This document shows positions 12,830 through 24,684 of a DNA stretch of 64,000 nucleotides, piece by piece. The position numbers and the translations under genes were made by a program. Under the pieces are notes generated by a model. That model ran no database searches and had not been told where the DNA came from. It worked only from the letters and a program-made list of their open reading frames with translations. Position 1 is the first letter of the stretch, and each line of letters starts with the position of its first letter. Source of the DNA: Isurus oxyrinchus (Eukaryota); NCBI GenBank assembly GCA_026770705.1, contig JANJGN010000017.1, positions 99,634,001 through 99,698,000 of the forward strand, given 5' to 3'.

Positions 12830-13030
12830 AAGCCTGCAGGGCAGGTTGATAAGGCAGTTAGCATAGTGTATGGGATCCTGGGCTTTTCAAATGGGAGTAT
12901 TAAATAGATAAACAAAAAAGACCTTCACAAGCCATGGGTTCGGTTTCAACTGAAGTAATGTTGACAGTTTTGGGCAGCACACTTTAAGAAGGATGTCAAT
13001 GGCTTAGAATGGGTGCAGGAGAGGTTTACC
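12830..13030 (+). mobile_element. Degraded CR1 ORF2 fragment
   Basis: cagttttgggcagcacactttaagaaggatgtc..ttagaatgggtgcaggagaggtttacc (QFWA.HFKKDV..LE.VQERFT). Confidence 0.75.
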
Positions 13031-14369
13031 CCCCTCACCCCCCAACCTACACCTCTTGCCCCCCACCCTGAACCTGCACACCACCACCACCCCCCCCACC
13101 CCGTAGTAATTCGCTGTATCTATATCTGTCTAAGCAACTCAGCTACAAATACATCCATTAATTTTAACCAGAGTTTAACACATTTACAGCATGGGATTGA
13201 CTGCTTTTCTGTCAAGATAGGAGAACATGGGAAGGACAGCCCACTTAGATCTCCAATGTATTGTACTCTGCAGTGACACATTGTTCTGAGACATGCCAGC
13301 ACACACTCAGCCTTAACAAAGATACACCTTTCGATTCAGAAGAGACCTGGTCTGCTTATGAAAACTGTCAATCTTCCGAGAGCACTGGACAAAATAATTT
13401 GAGGAGAAGGACCAGGCTCTGAAATGATACACTCCAGCAGTGATTTCGCTTGCCTGCGACGTAACACCTGCAAAAGTTAAGACTATCCTGGGACCAGTTT
13501 CAAAATTTGATATACTCTTGTCCGAACGCCTGAAAGACCCTGTCAGCCACCTAACAGAAAGCAGTGCTGTGCCATCATGGAACAAGGTTCAGCTATTCAG
13601 CCCAGCGAGCCTGTTATGCCATTCAGTTAGATCATGGTTCAGCTGCACCTTAACTTCACCAATATGTCTTGGTTCTGCCTCCCTTTTCTCTATCAATCTC
13701 AGTTGTGAACTTTCATTTGCCTTCACCCTACCTTCTCCCCACCTCAACCCTCATCATCATTTTTAAGGGGTGGAGGGTGTGCGGAATTTCACTAGGCCTT
13801 TGTGTGAGAATGTGCCTCCTCACATCACCAGTGAATGACCTAGCTCCAATTTCTGAAATATGTCCCCTTGCTCTGGGCCTCCCCTTCCAGGGTATTTCTG
13901 ATTGGTTGCAATGCAATGAACTGAAAATCTCCAACTTATGCACTGAAGTGAATTCCAGGAAATTTATAACTGCATTAAAAATCATCCAGATTGCAAGCAT
14001 CTAATCATGATACAGAACAGAATTGTTCAATGCTCTAATGCTTTTTGAGATGAAAACATTGCTGGCGACTCTACTCAAGCGATTAATCTTTCCATCAGCA
14101 ACAGTAATTGCGAACCAAAGTTTTTCCAATAATTTAGGCTTCTTAAATGACAAGGGAATAGCAATTGTCAGAACTATGACTCCAAAATGAACAACTTCCT
14201 GCTTTTATTCTGATGGATCAACAGAACTGTCAGTTTCCCCAGCAGTTCTGCTGAGTAGTTCCTAAAATTGGAGCTGGGTCATTCATTGGTGATGTCAGGA
14301 AGCTCTTCCTCACACAAAGGTTAGTGGAAATCTGCACACCTTCCCCTCATAAAAATGATGGCGAGTAGT

Positions 14370-14820
14370 TGCTGCAATTGAATTGGGCTTTGGTGAGAAC
14401 ACATCTGGAATGCTGTGCACAGTTTTTGGTCTCTTTACCAAAGGAAGGATCTACCCGCTCTGAGAGGAGGGGTTGGGGAGGGGGCGAGGAGCCAACAAAG
14501 GTCCATTGATCCCTCGGATGAGATGGCTGTCCCAGAAGGGAGATTGAGGAGAATTTGCCAACCCTCCCCACAGGTTAGAAGAATGAAAGCGAACCTCATT
14601 AAAACATGTAAGATTATGAAAGGGCTTGAAGGGGTAGATACCGAAATGAGGTTTCCCCTGGTTGGATGGCCTAGGACTAGGGGGTCACAGTCTCGGGACA
14701 AAAGGGTCGGCATTTAAATTTGTGTTGAGGAGAAATTCATTCACTCAAGTAGTTGCAAATCTTTGGAATTCTTTATCCCAGAGATCTATGAATGCTCAGT
14801 TGTTGAGTCTATTCACAGCA
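14370..14820 (+). mobile_element. CR1 ORF2 3' fragment, followed by (GA)n at 14824-14852
   Basis: LIKTCKIMKGLEGVD and RRNSFTQVVANLWNSLSQR motifs. Confidence 0.85.
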
Positions 14821-14852
<32 letters not shown>

Positions 14853-14855
<3 letters not shown>

Positions 14856-15245
14856 TGGCATAGTGGATGTCACTGGACTAGTAATTCAGAGGACCAGCTT
14901 CATGTTCTGGGGACACAGGTTCGTATCCCACCAGGCAGCTGTAGAATTTAAATTTAACTGATAATCTGGAATTGAAAAGCTAGTTTCACCAATGGTGACC
15001 ATGACACCATCATCAATTGTTGTAAAAGCTCATCTGATTCACTAGTGTCCTTTATGGAAGGAAATCTGCCGTCTTTACCTGGTCTGGTCTACATGTAACT
15101 CCAGATTCACAGTAATGTGGTTGACTCTTAACTGCCTTCGAAAATGGTGCGGCCAGCCACTCAGTTCAAGGACGACTGGGGATGGTCAGCAAATGCTGGC
15201 CTTGCCAGAGACGTCCAAATCCCATAAAATAATAACTTAAAAAAA
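14853..15245 (+). mobile_element. tRNA-derived SINE with family-B LINE tail
   Basis: Pol III A box TGGCATAGTGG (14856-14866) and B box GGTTCGTATCC (14918-14928). The 3' tail gggatgg..aaatgctggccttgccag is shared with family B LINE ends. Confidence 0.88.
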
Positions 15246-17052
15246 ACTAAGGTCAATAGATTTTTGGACTGTAAGCGATTCAGTTGGAGATGGGGTGGGA
15301 ATTTGGAGTTGAAGTCCAAGATCTGCGATGATCTTTTTGAATGATGTAGCATCCTTGGACCATAGACCCAACTCCTGTTCAGGGTTCTTGTGTTTTCCTA
15401 TATTTCAGACTTTAAAGACTTTGTCTCATCATTGGGGAAAAGGTGAATGGCTTCTTTGTTTGGGATCTAGTCATCATACACCAGAATATGTTGCCTTTCC
15501 TCAGTCACAACAGTTTGCAAGATAGGAAGCCTTGCACTGTTGCCCAGAGATAATTATACCTGACTGGCTATCAATGGCATTTTGAAAAGCCTGAGTTGTA
15601 GAAAAAACTGAAAATGTACACGGAACAGCAACGAGGGTAAGGCAGGAACAGAAGTGACATTAAAAGGAGATTGTGATTGTGGGTTCGTAAGCTCAAATCC
15701 AAACACAGAGTGAAAAGGTATAAAACTGACAACACTGTGAGCTGAGAAAGCTGAATATAGAATGTTAAATGAGAGCATCGTGCTAATTTGCCAACAAGAG
15801 GTGATAAAGCCTCAAGGATGAACAAATGCTTGAGTGTCCTAAGAGATAAGAAAGCACTGACCGACCTGAACAACCTCACATTGAAAACAAAGAACAGATG
15901 GAATCACAGTGCATATGTGCACAAGAGGAGGGGAAGTGTTTGAGACTGTTGCTGTCCTTATGTATTAACCTTGGATACGATGTCAGTGTTCAGGTACTAA
16001 ACTTACATACGGAACTGCATAAAGTTAGAAGACACAGGGAACCTGCAGGGCCTCTAACATGTCTTGAAGAGGCTCCCAAGAATGGTAGGAGAGTTTAGTG
16101 ATCAAATCCCCGATGCTTCTGTTACAGCAAAGTGCCATCTAACAAGCACTGGAAATGTAGAATTTGTATTGATTTCATAAAATTATTGATCAGATGACTG
16201 ACTCCCTGGTCTCTTGAGTCCATCAGGCTGCAAGGTATTAAAAGGACACAGATTGTCCTAACACTGCACTCTATTCCTGTTATGCTGTCAATGTGGATAC
16301 ATCTTTGTATCCCCCTCATCCAAGACTGTTACAGCCATTCTGAGCTGGAACAAAAGTAATATTTACAATAAACTTGAATCCCTCTCTGTGATGCCTGAAC
16401 ACATCATGCGAGTTATACAGAGCAGGTCCACCGGGTTCTCTGCTCCTTTGTGTGATCCAGTAACCCATGCTAGAAAATGCAAGAGTGGAGAATCGGCCAC
16501 TGGCTGAGACAGTGCAGGAGAGGTGACACTGTGGATGATGAGTAGGAAGAAAACCTTGCATCATCTCAAGACATCCCAAAACACTTTGTAACCAATGAAG
16601 TAATTTAGTCAATCAGTGAAACATGAAGGGGCTTGACAGGCTAGATGCTAAGGGTGGAATTTAATCCAAGTAATAGGGGCAAGAGAGCCGGTGAGAATCC
16701 TGCATTGCCTCCTTTGGGGGAGGCCTGTTGTATCAAGTGCCTTAGGCTCTTCCTCAGGATCAAGAACCCCAGGGGCTAAAATCTCCTCCCCCACCCCACC
16801 TTTGCCATCCATCAAGGGCAACTGGCCAATCAGAGACCGGCAGCTCCTCATTGCTGTCAGCACCTCTTGAGGGAGCGGCGGTAGCTCTCCGCAATGCACC
16901 CAAGATCAGCAAGGGGCCGAGGCCACTGCTGAGTGATGATGGGATGTGGATCACGTGGAGCTGGATGCTGGCTGGGGAGGGGGGCAGGGCAGAAGGAAGA
17001 AGGGCAGTGGGGTTGCTGTCAGCAAGGCCCCCCCCCACTTCCTGATGATGGG

Positions 17053-17301
17053 TATTGCAATATGCCTTTAAGAGATAGCAGCATACCATAAGAGGAAGTA
17101 AGTGTGTCATGGGATCCAGTCTTCACTTTGGCCTGTGAGCAGAACACAGCACACGCTGCCTTGCTCCTGGTGCATTCAAGCTTTCTATTCAGGCATAAAT
17201 ATATCTCATGTGCCTAGTCTAAATAAATGAACCCATAACGTGTTTACACAATCCTTTATGAGTGATGGCATGCTACTATCTCTTAAAGGGATATTACAAC
17301 A
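17053..17301. mobile_element. Family B LTR (plus) fused to the 5' end of a second family B LTR (minus) that keeps its PPT
   Basis: 17053-~17265 aligns with the LTRs at 21204 and 41468. 17260-17301 is the reverse complement of the LTR start. The minus-strand purine run aggaaaaagggga (17302-17314) abuts TGTTG. Confidence 0.8.
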
Positions 17302-17424
17302 TCCCCTTTTCCTGCCATCATCCAGGCCAAGGAGTAGACAGACCAAGCAAGAGCTACACCTTGCAGCATTACATCTGAGAGCGATGCCTTCATGAGCCGC
17401 TAATCCATCACCGGCAGAGATCAC

Positions 17425-18074
17425 GGGCAGAGTTGAGCTCATGTTGAGCGAGGGAGGGCGAGGGTGGTCGGGAAGCAGCAGACCCGCACCCACGACTGAG
17501 GCCGGAAGGTGATCCCGCGCTGGCTCAGCTCCGCCTGTGCGGGCGGGAGGAGGAGTGCGAGTGGGGAAAGCGCGAACTTCGTACATATGCGCGCTTCGGA
17601 ATTCCCCCCCCGGCACAGAGCTGCCTCAGGGAAATGATGAGCTTAAAAAAAAAAATGAACAATGGAAGAATGTAATGGACCATATCCCCTCATGCGGCTC
17701 TGTCACAGGGATCAAGGACATGTTATCAATTCAATTTTAAAACATTGACTTTATTTTTATTTGCTTTTGGAAACTTCATCCCGCCCCTGGATAAGGTTTC
17801 CAAAAGAATGCAAAGGCCCACTTGGCCTTCACGCCTGCCCACTGACTGTAAGGTTGGACAGGCATTGCAAAATTGAACTTAATTGATTCTTTCATGGCCT
17901 TAACAGACCTTTTAATTGTCGGTGGGCGCGCTGCCAAGTCCGGCGCGTTCCCACTGACCGAATTATCGCGCGACTATGCGTTGACATTGGGACACTTGCC
18001 TGATGTCAACGCACGTCATTTCACGCTTGAGCAGGTCGGGCACATGCCTGCCCGCTGAGCTAAAAATTTTGCCC
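17425..18074. mobile_element. GC-rich non-autonomous TIR element (PIF/Harbinger-like MITE family)
   Basis: Ends gggcagagtt...aattttgccc with flanks cac/cat. Internal core shared with 43277-43896 and 46420-46893. Confidence 0.7.
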
Positions 18075-18329
18075 CATGTTTGACAGACCAGTGCATACCA
18101 AATTACCTCCTCTCACCCCATCTACTCTCAGAAACTAGAGAGCAGCCTTTCAAGCTGCAAGAGAAGGTGATTAACATTGCACGATAAAAATGCAGGTACA
18201 GAATTGCCAGGTTTACAGTTGGGACGAAGATTTCCAGGATCCCACAGAAGGCACATGGCAACCAGCTGAGGTGACAAGTGATTTGTTCAGAATTAAGGTG
18301 CCGTGAAGTCATTACGTGCAAAGTTGCAT

Positions 18330-18862
18330 TGGTGAGACGTCAGTAAGGACAAATCAGGTCCATTCCAGCTCCTCAACCACTATGCAGTCCTATGGCATCA
18401 AGGACAATTGCTCAGCCAGCCCATGCTCACAAACTCAGAACACAGTGTCTAGCGTTAATTGTGATTCCACGATTGGACAGCACTTACTGAGCAGTTCCGA
18501 ATGTGCTAAGAATTACACAAACAACCCAATTTGAGATTATCAGTCAGGCTTGAAACATTGGCTCACTTATAGCTGGAGGCTGCATGTATTCATGGGCGGG
18601 GCCCTGTCCTCTGCAGACGGAGGGAGCATGTCCAGGCATTGCGCCTTTTTCAATTGTGTGAAGGGATGAGGGCAATTGTTTTCTGGTGCATTTTTCCATG
18701 GCAACACCTCAACCAATTAGTGTCCAGCTGCCAACCAATCAACACCCTTTTCTCGTGCAGTGTAGGTTGTTATTCACTTTGAGGTGTGGTATTCTTGCGT
18801 CTGTCCTGGTGAGTACAGGATGAAGGGCTTGGACAGTATGTCTCTTTTTTTTCTGCAATAAT
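18330..18862 (+). mobile_element. Penelope-like element 3' remnant (GIY-YIG endonuclease C-terminus plus pseudo-LTR)
   Basis: Frameshifted CDSTIGQHLLSSSECAKNYT/FEIISQA/LEAACIH..GPVLCRRREHVQALRLF matches Penelope endonuclease tails. The pLTR has a decayed hammerhead at 18802-18835. Confidence 0.82.
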
Positions 18863-19519
18863 CAATGTTCTCCTGGCTTCTTCTGGATCCAGTATTAAGA
18901 TCACTATTCCTGTCGCTTCACTGGCAGCTCCCTCGGGAGTTTCTTTCCCCTGCAACTTGAACCTTGGCCATCAGCTACCATCTTGTGGTCTTTCTCCACC
19001 CACCCCAAGCTCCTATTTAAGTTCTCCTGATTCAAATAGTGGGTGCGTTTTAACCTAACTACGAGTTGACACCGAGTTTAGAGTTACCCTGGCTATTCCT
19101 GTTGTTTGTCTTCATCAGCGAATACTGGATCTTTGCTTGAATTTGGCTTCCAACTCCTGTTGAGCCCACACCTCTCCATTGGCTTACACGCTGCTGTGTC
19201 TCTGACCTGCTACTCAGTTGCCTACAGTTTGAGGTAACTTTGTCTAGCCTTCAGTTCGTCACCACTGCTGCTGTTGCCCACTGACTTAATGGCTGCCTGA
19301 CAGATGTCTTGGCCCCAACTGCTGATCAGGAATTAATTACCCTGAGCTGAAGCCCATTTCTCCACCACCTCCGCTTCCTGTGCTGCCGTTTTCCTGTCCT
19401 GCAGTCAATCCTGCACGTCTTCGTTGCCATGGGAGCCCTTCCTGCAAGTGTGTCCATCCATACTCTACTCTTCTAAGCTCACTGGCCCTCGCTGCTGATC
19501 AGCCTGGACAACACTCTGT

Positions 19520-19930
19520 CCATGTTCTAAACTGACTCCCTTCCTCCCAACGCCAGCCTCATCTCACCGTGACTCTCCGGCATGATTTTTAAAGAAATGT
19601 TTTCAAATCCCTCCCTTGGCCTCATCACGCTCCCATCTAACTCCAGCCTCACAATTTTGCGAAATGCTTGGAATCTGGGGCCATCATGAGCATCTCTGAT
19701 TTTTAATCACTGCCCACCATTTGTGGCGGAGGCCCTAAGCTTTAGAAACCCTTCCCTAAATCTCTCCACTTCCCCACTTTAACTCCTGTAAACTTCCTCT
19801 TCCACCGAGGCTTTGTGCAGCTGTCTTAGAATCTCCTCGTGTGGTACCGGTGTCAAATGTTGTTGATAACTGATAAGATGCCTGTGTGGAGCCTCGGGAT
19901 GTGTTACTTTGCAAAGATTTGCTGCTGTTG
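19520..19930 (+). mobile_element. L2-type LINE 3' fragment
   Basis: aaatccctcccttggcctc, ggccctaagctttagaaacccttccctaaa, ggtgtcaaat..gataagatgcctgtgtggagcctcgggatgtgttac match the L2 3' end. Confidence 0.75.
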
Positions 19931-19984
19931 CCCCTTTTGTGGTTTCAAGAAGCTGCTTCACCTTGAGCAGCTTCCTGTCTGCAG

Positions 19985-20152
19985 GAACTGGCGGCAATGC
20001 CTGTTACATGGAAGTGATGAAGAACGTGGAGATGGTGGAAGGCGATGAGGGACAGATGTGCATTAACATGGAGTGAGGAGCGTTTGGACGATGTCAGGAC
20101 AGAGTTCGACCGTGACGTGGACCAACTTTCGTTGAATCCTGGCAAGCAGGAG
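19985..20152 (+). pseudogene. HK1: Isolated disabled hexokinase exon (C-terminal half; HK1/HK2-like)
   Basis: After ttcctgtctgcAG (phase 1) it reads (G)[33 protein letters not shown], then after a frameshift DDVRTEFDRDVDQLSLNPGKQ. This matches the hexokinase GTGSNACYME..CINMEWGAFGDNGCLDD..SLNPGKQ exon. TGA at 20074-20076 replaces Trp, DNGCL is deleted and the donor is degraded. The paralogue assignment is tentative. Confidence 0.92.
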
Positions 20153-20398
20153 GGATGGTGACTCCGGGGAGCATTCCCAAACTCCCGACCGTGTCCGATC
20201 CCGCTCGGCGCTAGTCGCCGTCATTCTGGTTGGTGCTGACAATACAGGAGCTGCAGCTTTGCTGCACCAGGGAAGTGAAACCAGTTGGAGGCGCCCAGGA
20301 TTCTTGCCTGGTGACCTGGGACTGGGAGGTGTGGAATGTCAGCTGGTTGGGTTCAGTTCATATATAAGCGATGGTTGGATGTCTTGTTGACAATGTAG

Positions 20399-20510
20399 AA
20401 ATTGCTTACATTTTGAAATAATTCTTTTACATAAGTATATAAATTGCTTATATTTTGAAGTAACTCTTTTACATAAATATATAAATTGCTTATATTTTGA
20501 AGTAACTCTA
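20399..20510 (+). repeat. 42-bp AT-rich tandem repeat, ~2.7 copies
   Basis: Unit aaattgcttatattttgaagtaactcttttacataaatatat starting at 20399, 20441 and 20483. Confidence 0.92.
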
Positions 20511-20597
20511 TATAAACAATAGTTGCTTGGGATAAGGCATTAGAAAGTCATCAGGGACCAAGCAGCAGCAAGATTCAGAGAGTTCAGGAAAGGAGGG

Positions 20598-20950
20598 GAG
20601 ATTATGAGGGGCATAGACAAGGTGGATAGGGAACAGCTGTTCCCCTTAGTTGAAGGGTCAGTCACGAGTGGACATAAGTTCAAGGTGAGGGGCAGGAGGT
20701 TTAGGGGGGGATGTGAGGAAAAAGTTTTTTACCCAGAGGGTGGTGACGGTCTGGAATGCGCTGCCTGAGAGGGTGGTGGAGACAGGTTGCCTCACATCCT
20801 TTAAAAAGTACCTGGATGAGCACTTGGCACATCATAACATGCAAGGCTATGGGCCAAGTGCTGGAAAATAGGATTAGGTAGGTAGGTCAGGTGTTTCTCA
20901 TGTGTCGGTGCAGACTCGATGGGCCTCTTCTGCACCGTGTGATTCTGTGA
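20598..20950 (+). mobile_element. Young CR1 3' fragment
   Basis: Nearly identical to 22280-22660; tail gtgtgattctgtga. Confidence 0.92.
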
Positions 20951-21484
20951 CAAGATCCCAAATGCAACCAGGAACAACAACGCAGAGTGACAATCCCACA
21001 TATCACTGTGAGCAATTAAAGAAACCTCCAGGCAAGGTTACCATGATAAGATCTGGGAATGCCAACAGATTACCTTTATGCTTCAGAGACTCCTAGATTC
21101 ACCAGTCCTATACACTTATATAATGGTAACTAAACATGAACACGCATTGTCAATAGTCATACTTCTTTGGAAGGGGGAAAGTATCTTTAAAAAGAAAGGG
21201 AGGTGTTGCAAAATGCCTTTAAGGGATAGCAGCATGACATCACTAGAAGAGAAGTGTGTCATTCAGTCCAGTCTTTGTTTTACTTTTGCCTGTGAGCAGA
21301 ACACACTTACACACACACACACCTCTGCAGTTGATGCCTTCAAGATTCTTACCTCGGCATCTATGTTCTCATGTGCCTATTCTAAATTAATAAACCCAGA
21401 ACATGTTTACTCAATCCCTGATGATGTTTACAACAGTATTACTAATAATGTTTATATCAGTATTCTAAGCTGACAGTGACTACA
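20951..21484 (+). mobile_element. Gypsy-type LTR retrotransposon 3' remnant: pol C-terminus, PPT and 3' LTR (family B)
   Basis: IRSGNANRLPLCFRDS* (stop at 21096) resembles the RSGRxxRPPxRxxD integrase tail. PPT aaaaagaaagggagg (21189-21203) lies directly before TGTTG at 21204. The LTR has AATAAA and ends ..ACTACA at ~21484. Confidence 0.78.
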
Positions 21485-22214
21485 ATGGAACAATAAGGCA
21501 GCCCACCACCACCTTCTTTGGTCAGTGATGGATGGGGAATAAAATGCCAATGTTAACCATCAGACAAGGATAAATAAAATAATTTAGAAGCTTGAATTTC
21601 AATCAGAATATCAAATGCTTTTCCTCGGTAAATTTCCTATTCCCCAAGATGACCCACCCATTAAAGAAATTCAACCATGAATTGAAAAGCGCAACAGATG
21701 ACCTTTCTTCCCCAAATGCGCAGGCAGATTTGCAAAGGGTATTTGGTTCCAACTGAAGGGGTAAAGTGGACAAGGCAGGGAGAGAATGCTGATCCACAAA
21801 AGGACAGACTTGCACAAGACTTAACATTCTAATATTCCTACTGCTGCACAACAATTTCCTTGCACTCAAAACAATTTGGTCCCTCAGAGGGTAAAATACC
21901 AGACACCACAGAGACATAAATCTTCATAGTGAGCTAATTTTAAAGATGTGAAATAAGGCTTAAAACATGTTTGGAGGATAATAGATGAGACTATTTAACA
22001 CAACAATGCAAGCATGTAACTGGAGAAATGTGCAATTTAGCTCACCGCATGAGACATCTCATTGATTTACACCCAGTTAAACTACAAAACAGGGTCTTTA
22101 TTTTCTCTCCTCTTGATCGAAGTAATTTTTTTTACTGGAATATGACTCCACTCGCACAAGCAACCCTTTAGAATCTCATCTAAAGTAGTCATTCAATCCA
22201 CTTTAGCCTAGGCT

Positions 22215-22663
22215 TTAAGTTATGAAGAGAGGTTGGATAGACTTGGGTTGTTTTCATTGGAGCAGAGAAGACTGAGGAGCAACCTGATCGAGGTGTACAA
22301 GATTATGAGGGGCATGGACAGGGTGGATAGGGAGCAGCTGTTCCCCTTAGTTGAAGGGTCAGTCACGAGTGGACATAAGTTCAAGGTGAGGGACAGGAGG
22401 TTTAAGGGGGATGTGAGGAAAAACCTTTTTACCCAGAGGGTGGTGACGGTCTGGAATGCACTGCCTGGGAGGATGGTGGAGGCGGGTTGCCTCACATCCT
22501 TTAAAAATTACCTGGATGAGCACTTGGCACATCATAACATTCAAGGCTATGGGCCAAGTGCTGGTAAATGGGATTAGGTAGGTAGGTCAGGTGTTTCTCA
22601 CGTGTCAGTGCAGACTCGATGGGCCGAAGAGCCTATTCTGCACTGTGTGATTCTGTGATTCTG
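22215..22663 (+). mobile_element. Young CR1 3' fragment
   Basis: ORF 22233..22577 LDRLGLFSLEQRRLRSNLIEVYKI..FTQRVVTVWNALP; (gattctgt)n tail. Confidence 0.95.
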
Positions 22664-23089
22664 TGTGTTTGCAATGATGACAGAACTGTCAGCATTCAGC
22701 GTGATTACTCCCCTGAAACTGACAGCAACTTCTTGAGAATGCACATGTGCAGGTAAACATGGAGATCCAGAAGATGCAGTCAGTGATTCTACCCTCCTCC
22801 ACAGCAAACTCCGTTGGAGTCCACCTCCACCGCACTGCACCCCACCCCTCAACCCCCACTCCCAGCCAATCCTCCTCCAGGAAGCAATCACGTAGAAATC
22901 ACTGGTGTGATGAGCATTTGGTCTTTTATATGGCTTGTCCCACCGTGAAAACCCTTGAAAAGGTTACACCTTTTTGAATGAGGTATCATTGTTCATAATT
23001 ATTGCTGAAGAGACTCACTTGGCCTCGAAACGCCACATTTTCCCAATGTTTCACATTTGTGGGATGTCGGATATCTTTATTTTGAGGAA

Positions 23090-23270
23090 ACATTGCCTGG
23101 GAACCCTTCCATTCACCTGTGGGTCAAATGGAGCCTCGGCTTGACGCCTGATGAGAGATGGCACCTCCAACAGTGCCGCATTCCTTTGGTACTGCTGGCT
23201 GAGATAATCCACTCAAGTCACTGGGGTGAGACTTCAACACACAACTTCCTGACTGAGGGTGCTACTCACT
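23090..23270 (-). mobile_element. Deu-domain SINE 5' portion
   Basis: gcctcggcttgacgcctgatgagagatggcacctccaacagtg..ctcaagtcactggggtgagacttcaacacacaac is the reverse of the SINE head and Deu domain. Confidence 0.65.
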
Positions 23271-24179
23271 AATCCCCTGGCATTTGCAAATCAGACTCTG
23301 TCCCATTAGTTTAGTCTAAATCTTCTCACCCAAATCATGAGTGAGAGCGATGAACAGCCTGACAGAACCCCAGAGAGATCCATTCCCAGTGATGGCATCC
23401 CTCCACTTACATACATGGTGAAACCTCTGTTCATTTGCCACTGATCCTCCCACTGAAAACCCATTTTTAAATATGAACGAATACTACGCTTATCAAAACC
23501 AATTCATACTCTGATCTGTGACCTGCTCAAGGATACTGCACACAAAGCACAGAGGTTCCAGGTTGTAAGGGATGAGATTCATTCAGGGAAATAAGCGTGA
23601 AATAGTCGAAGGCATCTCAGTCCTTTAAAACCTTCAGTTGCAGCAGGAAGCTTCTCCCCTGTAATATTTAGCATTCTGCAGGTGACAGCTTGCATTTAAA
23701 TGTGTATTTAAAAATAAATAGCGCGACCCTGAAAACATACTGCGGTGATAACCTGTAAGGTCTGTTCAAATCGGTGTCAAATATCCACTTGCTTTCTCCT
23801 GAGGTTGTATTAATCAAGATTCACATCTGACCATCTTTTTATTTCAAAGGTGCTTGGATATAGCTGTGCTGTCAAATGCATTTATCCAAGAAATTTACAT
23901 TGCACTAATGTCAAGCAATAGGCATGTGCACAATATTTCATCTTGAAGGGATGGATCTATGACTTCAAAAGTCAAATCCTTTTCACTTAATTGGGTTGTG
24001 AGCGTTGCTTTACAGATTCAGCCTTTGCTCAGTTATCAGAGTTTCTTCATCTGATGCTGGAAATGTCACCATTGCACCCACAAGACAGCTCAAAACCAGA
24101 ACAAAATGGGGTGAAATGAAAATAATTTAAGTTTATCAGTCGTGCCTAACACTTGCTAGAATCTACATATATTCAAACA

Positions 24180-24410
24180 TGGGAAACATGTCCAGATATT
24201 GCTTCCTTTTTTGAATTTAACAGAAGCGTGGGGGTGGGGTGCGGGGGTGTGGGTGGTAAAGTTCCTTGGTGCATTCTCCATGGCAACACCTCAACTTGCC
24301 CACCAATCAGTACCCTTTTCTCATGAGGTGTGAATTGTTGCTCCCTTTCGAAGTTTATCATTCTTGCGTCTGTCCTGAAGAATGCAAGACAAAAAGCTTT
24401 GGCACTGTAA
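24180..24410 (+). mobile_element. Penelope pseudo-LTR fragment (same family as 18330-18862)
   Basis: ggtgcattctccatggcaacacctcaac..caccaatcagtaccctttt..ttcttgcgtctgtcctgaaga aligns with 18625-18835. Confidence 0.8.
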
Positions 24411-24684
24411 TTACTAGGTGTATTGTCCCTCCCTCCTGTCAATCACTCATCATGTGATGCGATTGCGGGGGCTTTGACCAATAAGCTTATTACGTGGGTA
24501 AGCCTGTGGGGCAGGGCTTCTGATGGAGAGATTGTGTCTGGTGCGCAAGCACCTCTATCTGTCTCCTAAATCAAGCTTAGCCTTTTCTTCATCAAACCTG
24601 CTGCTCCATCAAGTTATTGCAGACAGAGGAGTCTCTTTTCCCCACAACAGGGAGAAAATACTGGGATCATGTTTTACTGAGTTT

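Noticed and set aside
14853-14935. tRNA gene
   Set aside because: A and B boxes are present but there is no cloverleaf; it is the head of a SINE with a second copy at 27596-27962.
20074-20076. In-frame TGA as selenocysteine or readthrough in the hexokinase exon
   Set aside because: It replaces a conserved Trp (TGG>TGA) and is followed by a frameshifting deletion and a degraded donor, which indicates pseudogenisation.
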